Positions 51,603 to 64,000 of a DNA stretch of 64,000 bases are shown here, one piece after another. The stretch is from assembly GCA_043228905.1 (NCBI GenBank), contig JBHGNT010000004.1, positions 3,410,001 to 3,474,000 of the forward strand, given 5' to 3'. How positions within the stretch are numbered: the first letter of the stretch is position 1; the number at the start of each line of letters is the position of its first letter. A model generated the notes under the pieces. It saw only the letters and a program-made list of their open reading frames with translations. It searched no databases and was not told where the DNA came from. This DNA comes from Azolla caroliniana (taxonomy: Eukaryota > Plantae > Polypodiophyta). Both the position numbers and the translations under genes were made by a program.

Positions 51603-53399
51603 GGAGAGAGAGAGAGAGATTCACGCACATGATATTTGAAGAATTTAAAAGAAGGTTTTGTCAAGTTATAAATAAAGATGTTACATGTTAAAATACATCA
51701 TATAACACATCGTAGACAATGTCCGGCACCAATTCGGTTGAACAAATTTTACTTTATAGATCTACAAGGTCGCCCCCTATAATTTATATATATATTTTAA
51801 GAAGATGCGTGACTGTGTTATGATAGCACTTGCACTTTTGCAACCTTAAGATTGTTAGTTCAAGTATCTAGCAATTTGTTAGGCTCGTTATAACAACTCT
51901 TTATCTTTTGAATGCATCTAATAAGCCTAAAGTAAAGGTTTACCAATCAGTTTCAACTTTCTACAACTCAAGGGTTGAAAACAATAATATTTCCTTTAGG
52001 CAATGCCAACAAATTAGATGCACATTTAAAGATTACAGAGACAATTAAGAAAATATATTATCGCCACTGAAAGGTGTTGACCATTAGCCAACATTGATTG
52101 CAAGATTCAATGCTCCACCTTATAATCAACTAGGCAATCAACACTTATCCATCAATTTTGTTGATGAAATGTTTGTGTGTGAGAAATATCTTAAAGGGGA
52201 ATTTCTTTCGGTGATTATAGAAATTTATTTGGTCGGTCACATACAAAGACAATATAAAGAGTTGAAATCCTTCAATGGTTTGCTCTTTATTTTATTCTTG
52301 AATCATTTAGTTAATTGTTGTATAGCAATCATCATTACAAACAACTAAGTCCCCCAAATAGTATTGTTGAACATGGAATGTGAAGGTTATAAACTTATAT
52401 GTTTTCATGGGTATGTCATGGATGGCTCATGAATGTGTCATGGACAAAGGAAAAAATCAAGCTTTTAGAAACTTGGCCATCTCAGTCAAAAGCTCACTTC
52501 TGAAATAAAGAAGCTCGCATATCTTGGACCCTAAAATAAGAAGGGGGTTTGTCTTGCATCAGATAGATGCATGTAAGAACCTCTCACCATTTTTTATTTT
52601 TATTTTTATTTGAAGAGAGGACATGGCTTGAATTGGGGACGAGGCTGCACATTGACGACCATACTTGCCCGTCATATGCCTTTTTCATGACGGCTTTCAA
52701 CTTCAAATGCGATGCATCTATTTTATGTTTAAGTATGAAAACGTGCCCTTCATTGTCAAGTTCTTATACTAGAAGCACCCTCCATTTGAAAAAGATAAGA
52801 ATGATAAAGTTATACAAAAACGAAGCATCATATGAAAATATGTGTCATAGCATGTAGGATGGCCTAAGGAGATGATAATTGTTTTTTTTCTTCTTCAACA
52901 AAACTACTAAGAATCAAAATGAAACATAAGCCTATCTCTTTTCTTAAATGCAATCTATTTAGGTATTGTTATTTATTACACGTCCTCTAAAACAGATTTT
53001 AATTTGATTTAGTTTATTATTGTTATGCTACTGATTATTAGTTTATGTCAATGGTACGCTCAACGAAGAACCTTTGTGCGAAAGATTCTTTAAACAATGG
53101 AAATGAAATACAAAAGGTATATAGAGATGCTCATGGGTATGTCATGGATATGATGTATATGATTGATCTCCCATAAAAATTGGTACATTTAAAAGAATTC
53201 ATGGTTGCATATAGAATGTAAAGAATATCATTGTTGTGAAAACAATCTCTCACGATATTTGTATGATTAGGAGAATTCATGGGTACACACTAAATGGGAT
53301 AGTTTATATATGGTCCCAAATGTTCCATGAGTGATTTTGATGGGCCATGTATGGGTCATGGAGAGAAAACGGAATGAACTTAGAGAAGCTCACCAATCT

Positions 53400-54295
53400 T
53401 GGTTACTTACCAACATAATAAATTGTTCCCTTCCTGAATTAATAAGTTTCACCAACTATTTGCTTACCAAATGAACATACACATTTTTAAGCCTCACAAG
53501 AAAAGAAAGATGACAACAATATGGTGAATCATCTTACAAAAGTACAAGACCCATAGGACAAGTTATTCAATAATGGCGAATTGCGCTCAAATACTTGCGG
53601 GTCTTTGCCAACATCATTATGTAGTTTGTTTACTCTATTGATATTTGGGTAGTGAACTATGGTACTCTAATTAGCTTTAAATAATTGGCGGCTTTTGGTT
53701 GGGTACAACGTCATTGAATAAGTTGATAGATTTTCTTTTATCTTTAGATGAATCAACAAGAGTTTACTAAAAAACCATGATTCATATATTGTGAGCTTTG
53801 TAGTTTGACGAGCACGTAATCTCTTCATTATCTTTGTTACATCCATATATGACTAATTTGTTCTTGTGCATCAATTAAAGAAAGAGCTCCATTTCTATTC
53901 TATGAGGCATTTTTTAAAAGTTGACAAAGAGATAATTTCATCCTTATATAGTATATGTTAAAAAACATTTGAGGTAATAATTATATGAGATAGGTCTGTA
54001 TCAACACACTCTCTTTCTGTGTATTTTGGAACAACATTGAGTTGCACAAAGGAATCATCATCTCTTTGATGGATTGGCTAAATTTCGAAGCAATGGACAC
54101 ATGTAATAAACAAGAGCACAACTAATGTAATGCAAATTGTTGTGCCTTTTTAAAACTAATGGAAGGGTATGTTGTTTAAAGAAAAGAAGAAGTAATGCAA
54201 ATTATTATCTCATATGACTCAATGTTGAGAAAAATGTGAAGTATATCATATGGATGGGTTTGGATCATTAACTTATGTACATGTACCTCAATAGT
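53400..54295 (+). mobile_element. Decayed Ty1/copia remnant (gag and post-integrase fragments)
   Basis: DDNNMVNHLTKVQD..DKLFNNGE and SLPTS (gag UBN2-like) near 53510-53630. FGSLTYVHVPQ near 54259-54291. Confidence 0.55.
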
Positions 54296-55444
54296 TATGC
54301 AATTTGTATATAACGTGGGTTGTAATTACCACCAAAATGGGATTTTACAAATTTCAAACCGTTTCTAACCCAAATTCTTATCAAGAGCACATGCATATCT
54401 TATTGAAACTTCACTTAGGCTTCAACATAATTTATGATGACATTTAGAATCTTTGAGAGGATTCCAACTTTGAGTTTTCATGTTGATTTAGGGTCATGTA
54501 AGCCCCCCAAAAATCAACATCAGTGAAACAAAGGAGCGTGGGTTAGTAACGAATGTTCAACTTACGCCTTTTGCTAGATCAAGAACCCATCCAAGGATAA
54601 GTGCTTTCTAGAGCAACATGGGGTGCACAATCACATTCTAAATGAAGGATTTCTATTTTTATCTAGCAAAAGAGCTCATGGATGCTATAAATTGAGGAAG
54701 GTAGCCCGTGCTTTAGCAATAAATTGAACATCATGAGGTCGTGAATCACAACGCTGTGTGGTAGCTTATGACAACCAAGGCACCAATATTGTTGATCATA
54801 AACTTACCACACTAATAAAGGAAATCATCCTTGTTTCTTTTCTCTAAATCAAACTCCCTATAAGACTGGGATCATATGTCATCAAATTAAACAAGCTTGC
54901 AATCATGGATTTTTGACCATTTTTTCCAAATCAATTTAATTAGTCTATGGTAATTATGCCAAAATTATAACTTGTAATTGGTTGAGTGGGAAATCATGCT
55001 TAAAACGTGAACGAAAATTGTTCCATGTGACTTCATTGTTAATGTATTTGCTAACTACTTTGAAAATTTGGAATACCCTACACATTTCATGGTCAACCTT
55101 GGCTCTTAAAGCTCACCATAACTTGAAGTTATGAAAAGAAAGTATTGGGGTTCAACATTTATTTGGCAAGTGACAATATTCAAACGTGCACCTTTGAATA
55201 TTGTGACTCTATACTCCTCCTTTGAGCCACACTCACTACATTGTTGAAGGGAATCATCCCATGTCCTCTATAGAAGTCCAACGATTATTGGTGTAAATTT
55301 GCACAAGTTTGGGAAGGACACAATCTCTCATGTCAGATTCTACATGAGAACTTAGTCTCTCATGGGGACAATAAAAAAGAAAATAAGTTTCCTTGTGGAG
55401 AGTCAACATGACGGAAGTCAATAAATTCTCGCATGGTTAGTTGA

Positions 55445-56015
55445 TGTTGGGAAACAGGTCCCTCCGGATGGGAAGAGCACGAACCGGATTGGATTGGAGT
55501 TAGACCGAGGAGCTAGATGATAGTCGGCTTGTCCAAATTGAAATTCTGATATTGCACAAGGAGTCGAATTAGTCGATAGCTAACTCGACCAAGCCCGAAA
55601 AATCGACTGACGGATAATTGATCGATAACCAAATTAGTCGAATCGGCCAAATCCGACTAGGCTATGTTTGTAAATAGCCTATATGTGCCTATTATGGCTA
55701 TATTTGTAAATAGTCATATATGTATATGAGTATAAATAGTTAGGGCAAGTAGTTATGAGGTAGTGTGACAATCATTGTAATTAAGAACGAGAGAGAGAGA
55801 GAGAGAGAGGCAACAGAGAGTGACTTCTCTGCAACTGTTGGTCTGACGAAGAAGAACTCAAGGTCGTTGCCTTGTAGATTCTTATTGTATACCTTACTCA
55901 TATAGTGATTTCGTTGGAGTTTGTGGACTCCCGTGGTTTTTCCCTCTCAGGGTTTTCCACGTTAAAATATTGTGTCTCTGTACTTTCAGTTTCTAACACC
56001 GGGTCATTAGAAACA
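55445..56015 (+). mobile_element. Solo or orphan copia LTR related to the LTR at 812-1438
   Basis: TGTTGGG..GGTCCCTCCGGATGGGA start, GGCTATATTTGTAAATAG, TATAAATA..TTAGGGCAA, CTCAAGGT.GTTGCCTTGTAG and GGACTCCCGTGGTTTTT..AGGGTTTTCCACGT are all shared with the first LTR. The 3' end is uncertain and there is no clean TSD. Confidence 0.85.
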
Positions 56016-56237
56016 GGTAATATGTTGCATTTTAAGAACTGTCCATAAAAAAAGGCATAAAATAGGTCGTAAAATAAAAAGGGGTGCCGCATGCGTAAAG
56101 CTTTTTTAAAAATGACCCAAAATATTTTGATTTTTAGCATGTCCAAAATTTTAGGGCTTCCAAAAATTGCTTAAATAATTGACACGAGAAAGTTACAAAA
56201 GAATGTACTAATTTTACAAAAGGTCTACCACCTATAT

Positions 56238-58262
56238 TTATACATATTCGAGAATTAACATTTTGATGTAAAATACAATATTTACAAATAATGTATGAGA
56301 ACTATCACTTCCCAAAGCTATGCCTTCCTCTTCAGACCCATCCGATGAACTAGGAGAGCTTTGTGAGGTCTCATCCTCATCATCACTAGCAACTAACACA
56401 TTGTCTTCATCCAGTTGCAATCCAACGTCACCATGATTTTGAGACATACTCCTTGTTCGTCTGTGGGTTGCATCGGGATGCACATATGGGATCTTCTCTT
56501 TTATTAACTTGATTGTGGTCTGTCTTAGATGTCCTATTTTGGTCAAGGTGAAGTCATACACTAGTATGTCTACATTATTGACAAGTGTTGGAGTAGATGC
56601 GCTTGGTAGATTTTTTCTTTTCCGCTTTCTACTTGTGCCTTCGACATCCTTAACCATCTCTAAAGAGTACTTCCCAGTAAATGCATTTGGGGAAGAGGTA
56701 TGATACCAATGAACCCCAATGGAGATAACTTGATGGCCTTGTTCATCCTTTATAATTTTGGTGATTTTACCAATCCAAAAGGGATGGCCCAACTCACCAC
56801 CCCCAGCTAATGTTGCAACCAACATACCAACTAAGTGTAGCTCATGCAAATTGCGCTGCCATCTTGTCTCTGCAACACTCGATATTCTTGGTCCCATGTA
56901 AATATCTCTTTGTCGTGGACGAACTAGATTATTCAGGTTAGGATTATCTAGTAATTGCACATTAGTCGTGGTCACCATTGATTGGCTACCGATATTCCAT
57001 TTGAATTGATTTTGGAGTGGCCAGTAACCAGCAAAGTGGTTAACTAAAATTGTATGTTGATGGTTAAAGAAGCTACCCCACCATTCAACATCCTGATCAC
57101 CATCATACTTCTTGGTGAACTCAATATTTTTCTGTTTCTCTTCAAGGCACCGCATCTAATGTATCTTATTCTCTTCAATTGAACTACCAGGAGCCAATCT
57201 TTTATGGTCGTCATAGGACATTTGTTCTGCACCATGGATTACCGCATCTAGAAAACGTAATATTGTGAACTAGATGAGTATTGTTTGGAATACAACGTCT
57301 GGTTGTGGTTTATAGAACTTCTTTTCATGAGAAAGACATGGTTAAACCTTATATTATTAAGCGGGGCAAGAACCCTACATAGAGTCCCATCACCATCTAC
57401 GTAGAAGTATTTAAAATCATAAACTTCATCCAAATGAAGCGTTTAAAATCATTGTACTTCTGACTTTGGGGTATAGGCTTCAATGATCAACTTTGACAAC
57501 GTAGGAAGCGTGAAAGCATCAGATCTCGCTCATTTCTTCGAGAACCTACTAAACATTTGATCTATATGATCATGTGTGTGACCAATTAGTAAGGAGTTGA
57601 CCTTAATCTTTTTGAATATACCCCTGTCTACTAGCATGCTTAAATAACCGAACACAATCGAGTTTTTGTTTTCTCTTGTTGTGTTGTCTAGTTGCACATA
57701 TAGTAATGGTGGGAGAATACCTTGCCAAGACAATAAAACTCTTTGCATGACTGTTACTGTAAGATTAGGGTCGTTGTGGATATTAGGATAAGTTAGGAGC
57801 ACTTGAGGCCTTATTGTCTGACAATACGACAGAGAACCTACTAAGTGCATCTACACTAGGCATTCATCTCCAATATCCTTCGACAACCTTCGAAAGTGTG
57901 GCAAACAAGTTTTCTTCTGATCCATGTCATCTATAATCAAGCACATGTACCTTTCCGGTGATTGAAGCGCTTTCCAATGCTTGACTTTTGCAATGTTCTT
58001 TTAATAAATTCTTATAATTCTTTATTTCTTCATCTGTTCTCTCACTCTTTGCTATGCTTTTTCAACTTGCACATACAGAACAAACACCCATTCAGACCTT
58101 ACGCGGTATGACCACATTGTCAAACTGCAACCTCCATAATTGATTAAAATGCTAATATTGTATATAAGGTACACTTTCTAATAGCATATCATCCTTATAT
58201 GCTTGGTAAACCTCACGACGAGTGAAGTTATCTGACAAATGTAATCTTCCAGTTGTGGGCAT
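56238..58262 (-). mobile_element. Degenerate DNA transposon, DUF7869/Sola-like transposase pseudogene
   Basis: MPTTGRLHL..VYQAY...LWRLQFDNVVIPRK..CSVC, LIIDDMDQKKTCLPHF, LYVQLDNTTRENKN and GHTHDHIDQMFS (DDD-type motifs). C-terminal region PFWIGKI...VHWY. Several stops and frameshifts. Confidence 0.75.
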
Positions 58263-58356
58263 TGTCAGGAATAGTACCGAGACAACGAGGAAATTAGTAC
58301 TACGAGATGAGGATTAGTGCTAAGAGGAGAAGAGGGTGTAGAACACTCGAGAGAAG

Positions 58357-58422
<66 letters not shown>

Positions 58423-59360
58423 TGATAACAAAAGATATATTATATGAAAAGAATATACAAGGATAGCTAGGAGGCTTTAAGACTGGCGTTGAACTGAATT
58501 GGTTCTCAATAATGCCATGTGCCTCTTTTTATAGTATGCTTAGGAGTACTCTTGATATTTCTAGAATGTTCCAGAGAAATCTAGAATATACATGGATTTG
58601 CTAAGTGAAATAATAAATGGAAATAATGTTTTTCATATTACAATGTATAACTTAATGGTAAGGTTTCAACCCATGGGACTTAAGGTCATGGGTTCGAATC
58701 CTATTGAAGCCATACCATGTTATATCATGACTCTACCCCCCCTTTAAGACGACCAGTGTTACGAGTCGTCTTAGATGGAGGACTTGGCTTGTCCTCAATA
58801 AGAGCATGATGATTTGCCACATTCTCGACTGGTTCCCAAGTATGCTCGCTTGGACTATAGCCTAGCCAATCAACCAAATAGTAGAGCTTGTTGTGAATGA
58901 TCTTGGAATCGAGGATGGCAGCAACTTTGTACTCCGGTCTGACTTCGAGCTCGATTGGGGGTGGAGGTGGTGTAATACGATTCGGGATAGCGTTCGAGAA
59001 GAGAACTATGAAAAACCGGATGTATCCGTAGTTGCAGAGGTACATCAAGACGAAAAGTGACATCATTAAATTTTCCAACAATAAGGAAAGGACCTAATCG
59101 TCGATAATCCAATTTATCGCATGGTCGAGTAGTCCTCATCTGTTGTCGTAATAGCCATACCTGATTTCCAACGTCAAAACAGGATGGAAGCCGATGACGA
59201 TCTGCATAATCCTTCTATGTTTGTTGAGCTTGATGTAAATGGGTGGATAGATCTGCATGTATCTTGGGTAGCCGCTCCAAATGATCTTCTGCATGAGGAT
59301 TTGTGGGTAACTCTGGAGTTTCGAGCACACACCATCGAGGATGATAGCCTGTATAAATAG
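58263..59360 (-). mobile_element. Chromovirus (Tcn1-like Ty3/gypsy) 3' fragment: integrase C-terminus, chromodomain, PPT, 3' LTR 58263-58732
   Basis: TTRPCDKLDYRRLGPF...RIHPVFHSSLLE (GPY/F), and chromodomain EYKVAAILDSK...YYLVDWLGYSPSEHTWEP. PPT AAAGGGGGGGTAG, then an LTR running (A)GTCA...TGACA that abuts the Sola-like sequence. Confidence 0.92.
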
Positions 59361-59689
59361 GTATGTCTATAGGTGTTGCTACAAGATTGAAATCAAATAA
59401 TCCATTTATGACTTCATTACATTGTTGTGCACATTGAACAAACTTGTGTGTGCAAGAGGCTTCAAAGAACATGTTCCAGTAAATTTGGTATTGCGCTATT
59501 TTATTTTTTTGATTTGGTACGCGGCCAAAAAAAATCTCAACATGTTCCGGTTGACAATGTCGCTGGTAGGAACGTGGCCGACTGAAATTTTAAAATTCTG
59601 CTTAGGTTCATGAGAAGCAGGAAAATTTCCGGTAGGGGCTAGAGACTTTGCCCAACATTGGTTGCAAGTGTCTTCAATCATTGTAGTCT

Positions 59690-61000
59690 ACAACATCCAA
59701 TGCGAGGAATAAGCATCCTAGGTTATCCAATCGATGTAAAAGTGAACCTCGTCTTTGAAGTACTCCAACTTGAAAGATTAATATTTTTTGTTCCTAACTT
59801 ATGGATTTCTCAAACTCTTTGAGAAACTTCCTTGTATTTGTCACTTGGCCCGACTAACCAATGTTTCTCTTCGTGTTCAATTGTTGGCAAGATCGGGCAA
59901 ATATACACCCTTTTACGAATGAGGCGAGAGAAAAGTAGGTATAAATACACCTTGGAGTGTATAACAAATCACCTAGTTTTGCTAGCAAACTCTCTAAATG
60001 GCTCTTAATCTTAAACTTAAATACCCATACTTAATGTAGAAGTACATGCAAAAACTTAACTTAACTTACTCTAAAATCAAGAGTATACAAACAACATCAA
60101 GCAATCACGAAAGAGGCAATTACCAATCAAATCATTGCATCTCTTGACCATTAGAAGTAGGATTCCATTTGTCATTTTGTGGACCCTTAGCATGGCTTCT
60201 TCCTCTAAAGGAGTTGGTTTCTATGACTAAGGCTTTTTGGTCAAAGTTGGACTCATGCTCCTTTCGTCGTGCTTCTTCATGTAGAAGACTCGACTTAAGC
60301 ATGCCCAATGTTAGCTCCTTTTGTTGTGTTGCAATCCCAAGCATCACAACAAGGGTATCCCAACTATCTGGGAGAGAGCCTAACAATAACAAAGTCAACG
60401 CCTCATTTGCTAGAGGTATATCTAGAGAGATTGTTTGATTTATAAGTCCTTGAAATGTGTTTAGATGCTCTGCCATACTAGAGCCATCTTGGTATCTAAG
60501 TCTTACAAATTTCTTAAACATAGAGACTCTATTTAAGGCGTTTTTGGTCTAAAACATGGTTTCAATTATCCCCCATAATTCGCGTGCTTTGGTTTCATCA
60601 CCGAAATTGTTATATAGACTCATGTCTATAAAAGAACGTATGTATGATGTTGTTTTTAGATGCATTGCTTCCCAAGTTCATGCATCTATGTTCTCAGGTT
60701 TGCTTGTACCATGTTGTACGAGCAACCACATGTCCTTACACACCAACATGTCTCTCAATTTGGATTTCTAAATGGAGTAGTTGGGTCCGGTCAACTTAAT
60801 CATCCCGCCTAACGATTCATCCATATTCCAAATCTTTGCGGAGGGTATGAACCTCGCTCTAATGATGATTTGCACTACCAACACAAGATTCCAAATAGAC
60901 GAAACCACAAGACAAAAATGAGAGTACACCGAGATTTAACGTGGAAAACCCAAAAATGGGAAAAATGGGAAAAACCACTCCATGTCGTGGGCTCCACTTG
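59690..61000 (-). mobile_element. Ty1/copia 5' remnant (LTR U5, degenerate PBS, gag), interrupted by another LTR-like piece at about 59890-60130
   Basis: gag starts from the ATG at 60824 (MDESLGGMIKLTGPNYSI*KSKL...HLNTFQGLINQ...LLLLGSLPDSWDTLV). The U5 motif reads ACGTGGAAAACCC...GAAAAACCAC on + at about 60939-60980. Confidence 0.85.
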
Positions 61001-62923
61001 AGTGGATAGACCCAATAGACTCTTCCGCCTTTGCCTCTTGCTCCATCTCCTCTAGGTTGGTTCTTCCTTTGTTTCAATCTCGATCTTGCCCTCCATCATG
61101 GTCTTGATCTCCATCTCAATCATCAGTAGAGCATCAACATTTGTCAAGTAATTCATTAGATTTTTATATTTAGAAATCTAAAGCTCTAATTTCCCAATCA
61201 ATTGAGGACCAATTTCGTGCCCTTCCCAATGGGCTTGAATGACTTGAACAAGGAGAATGGTCGAAAAATGAAGTATCTAGAATCAAATGGCGGCACCAAT
61301 TACTTGGTGTATTGACTTTTGCAATGTTCCCCTCCGCACTCATTTAGACGCCTTCCACCCCAAGATTGCATTTGAACAACATATGGCTCTTTGCTTTTCT
61401 TCCTTAATATACACACTAAGGATGTAGTCCACCTCCTTCCTAATCTACTCTCAAGGTTGGTTTTCTAACATGTCAAATCCTTCATCAAACCTCTTGGTAT
61501 CCAATCTTATTGACACACCTACATTTTGTGAGGATCCAAGCACCGATCCCCCCAATTTAGAACGTAATCAACAAGCCATATTCGCACAGACTTTGACTTC
61601 CACCAGTTCCTAGACATTGACCATGACCAATTTACTTCATTGCCAAGAGGATTTGGCCTACCCTCCTCTTAACTTTCCTTCCTTTCCTTCACCCTCACAA
61701 CCAATAAAAGCCAGGATGCTCCAAGTCATGAAGGTATTAGTTGATAAATATCGACACATTCCTAACCAAGACATCCAAACCACTGATTTGCATTTTGACG
61801 TCACTATGGTTTCTCCCAACAATTACTTCTCCTCCCTTTTGACATTTTGATGTGTTAACGGGTTTTGTGATCGGAACCACCACACACCACTTCGACGAAT
61901 TGAGGTGAGGGCCTTCTCAACAGTTAGAGAAGGCGCCCATGACTCATTGTGTGAGTTGTGGGTTTATGAGTCTTCTCGACAGATGGGAAGACACCCATGA
62001 CTCAAGGTGTGAGTCATGGGCTTGTGGCGTTGTTGTGAAGCAATTGTGTCATGATATAAAAACAAACTCATATATTATATCAAGTAAAATTTGTGACCCT
62101 TGAACTTATAACCTACAAAGTACAAATGCCATTAGAATAAGCTATTTTGTATAATTATATTCTCATAATCATACTTATGTCTTATGTATATTTTTATACA
62201 TGAAAACTTAGATGAGCAGGATGCCTATCATGCATCATATGTAACGCACATGCACCGAATGGCAATCATGCATCCTCACATACATTATATGCATGTGAGT
62301 ACCTATAAAAAGAAAGGGAAGGGATGCATGTAGGGGGCAATCGATTGATCATATAAGAAAACACATACAATTAATCGATCAAATAAGTTAATTCATCTCC
62401 AAAGTGTCTCTCATCTTTCAAAATTGAAGTCAAAGGTCTAATAGCTCCAAATTCTTCACCAAATAATCATTCACAAAGTCAAGCAACATGGTCACGTGAG
62501 TTCGAGTCCAATTGGAGATCCACCCTAATCACAAAAAAAATTATCTAGTGGTGTAATAGTTGGGGCTTTGTCTTTGAATTTAATAAACGGGTTAAGGCTT
62601 AACTCATTTGGGTCAAACCAATTTGTGATACTCGTAGGTGTATCTAAGAAACCGGTTTGTGGTGCTCGTAGGTTGCAGCTTAGGATTCAACAGAAAGAGA
62701 AAAACGACGTGATCAGGCTAAGGATGTGTGCTTGATAGGAGTCAATAGGAAACAAAGAAAGAGGTGCTCGACCTCAAAAAAAAAAGAGGTGCTTGCTAGA
62801 AGGAGTGCTCGAACTCAATGGAGATGTTATTAGCCCTCACTCACGCTTAGTTTCTTTTTTTTGTGGGGGCTCTTATGCTCTACAACAATGTGCACTAGCA
62901 TAAGAATTTGCTTCTTTTGCAAG

Positions 62924-64000
62924 TGTTGGAGTCTGAGATCGTTAGTGCAAAAACAAGAACAACATCTATGCTTAGAAAATCACCAAGTTAGCATGGTAGA
63001 GAAAGATCAAGGAGACAAAGTGAGAGTGAGAGAAGAAACAAAAATAACACACAATATGTAACTGTATTATTTGAACTCAGAGTTACAATAGAATGGAAAC
63101 AACAACCTTAACACTAGGTTACAAGAGTCAGTTTAAATACTAACTAACTTAGGGCAACTACCCTTTCCACTATTTACAAAAATAGCTTAAACCTAGTGTG
63201 TCCAATGGGACAATGTGAATACGGTCATTATATACCCGTATTCGACACTCCCCTGTAATGGGCGTATACACTATGGAGAAACCTATAATATAAATCAAGA
63301 TGTACAAGTTATGTCAAGAGAAGTTTGAGTTGATCGGCCTGTAGCCGAATCAATGACGACCGAGAGGAAACAAAGGCCGAATCGGTTGGTTTGAGTGTCA
63401 AGGCCAAGTGCTCGAAGCTATCTCTGTTCTCTAACTCAATTGGACTGAACACTCCTTAAGCCCATTTGCTGCTGAAGTGACTGAAATCGGTCAGCTGCGA
63501 GACACTTGGTCATCCCGTTTGATATGTTGTCGGTCGTGGAGATCTTCTCGAGGTCGAGCTTCCCTGAGGTTACACAGTCTTGAACAAAGTGATACCAAAC
63601 TTCGATATGCTTGGAGGTGTTGTGATGAACTAGCTTTTTCATAGAGCAACAACATCCTGACTGTCATTGTAGAAAGCTTGAGCCAAATTGGGTTCAGCTT
63701 GTCGAAATGTACACGCCAATTGACCGAGACATAGACCCTCTTTTCTCGCGTCAGACGCGGCTACGTATTCAACCTCGGTCGCTGAAGTGGCTGTGCACTC
63801 CTGAAGTTTCGATTTCCATGAAATTGCTCCATTTCCGAATTTGAAGCAGTATTCGGTTGTTGACTTTTGATTATCCACACAGTCGACAAAGTTTGAGTCA
63901 GTGTAACCGACTACGCTTGGGTTCTTGTTCGGACTGAAAAGGATGCCAAGATCTTGTATGCCCACCAGGTATCTGAATACATGCTTGACTGCATTCCAAT
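62924..64000 (-). mobile_element. Ty1/copia 3' part: RNase H (frameshifted), PPT and 3' LTR 62924-63247
   Basis: GYTDSNF...KSTT.YCF..ISWKSKLQ..ATSATEVEY, SKHIEVWYHF. PPT AGGGGAG, then the LTR TGTCG...CAACA. Confidence 0.92.

Noticed and set aside
58644-58717. Functional tRNA gene
   Set aside because: The acceptor and anticodon stems do not pair, and it lies within an LTR. Reported instead as a tRNA-derived module.
56016-59640. Terminal inverted repeats for the Sola-like element
   Set aside because: Candidate ends near 56030 and 59520-59640 do not match as inverted repeats, so the boundaries remain undefined.

Overview
Eukaryotic nuclear DNA from a land plant. A non-seed plant such as a fern is likely, inferred from the Tcn1-like chromovirus, Sola/DUF7869-like transposase, short GT-AG introns and abundant (CT)n/(CA)n tracts. 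Six host genes can be reconstructed by hand: a UBA-domain protein (3713-5716, -), NDUFA8 (2 exons, -), UBA5 (14 exons, -), a DUF630/DUF632 protein (4 exons, -), a TMEM185/Fragile-X-F transmembrane RING protein (14 exons, +) and an intronless NINJA/AFP-family co-repressor (+). The rest is mostly transposon debris: several Ty1/copia fragments and LTRs, a Ty3/gypsy protease fragment, a chromovirus 3' end, a solo LTR with a perfect TSD, two LINE remnants with (ATCT)n tails, an hAT-like MITE and a Sola-like DNA transposon. There are no CRISPR arrays, rRNA genes or intact tRNA genes. I found no clearly new multi-gene system. The best leads are: (1) a tRNA-like Pol III head lying antisense near the 5' end of a chromovirus LTR, with similar geometry at several other LTR-like starts; (2) a dense, 12-bp-phased ABRE cluster with its own TATA box upstream of the NINJA/AFP gene; (3) a recent intronic duplication that copies a splice donor and creates a possible 11-nt micro-exon; (4) a possible unannotated micro-exon chain at 36.5-37.7 kb. 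All coordinates and identities were derived by eye, with no database searches.
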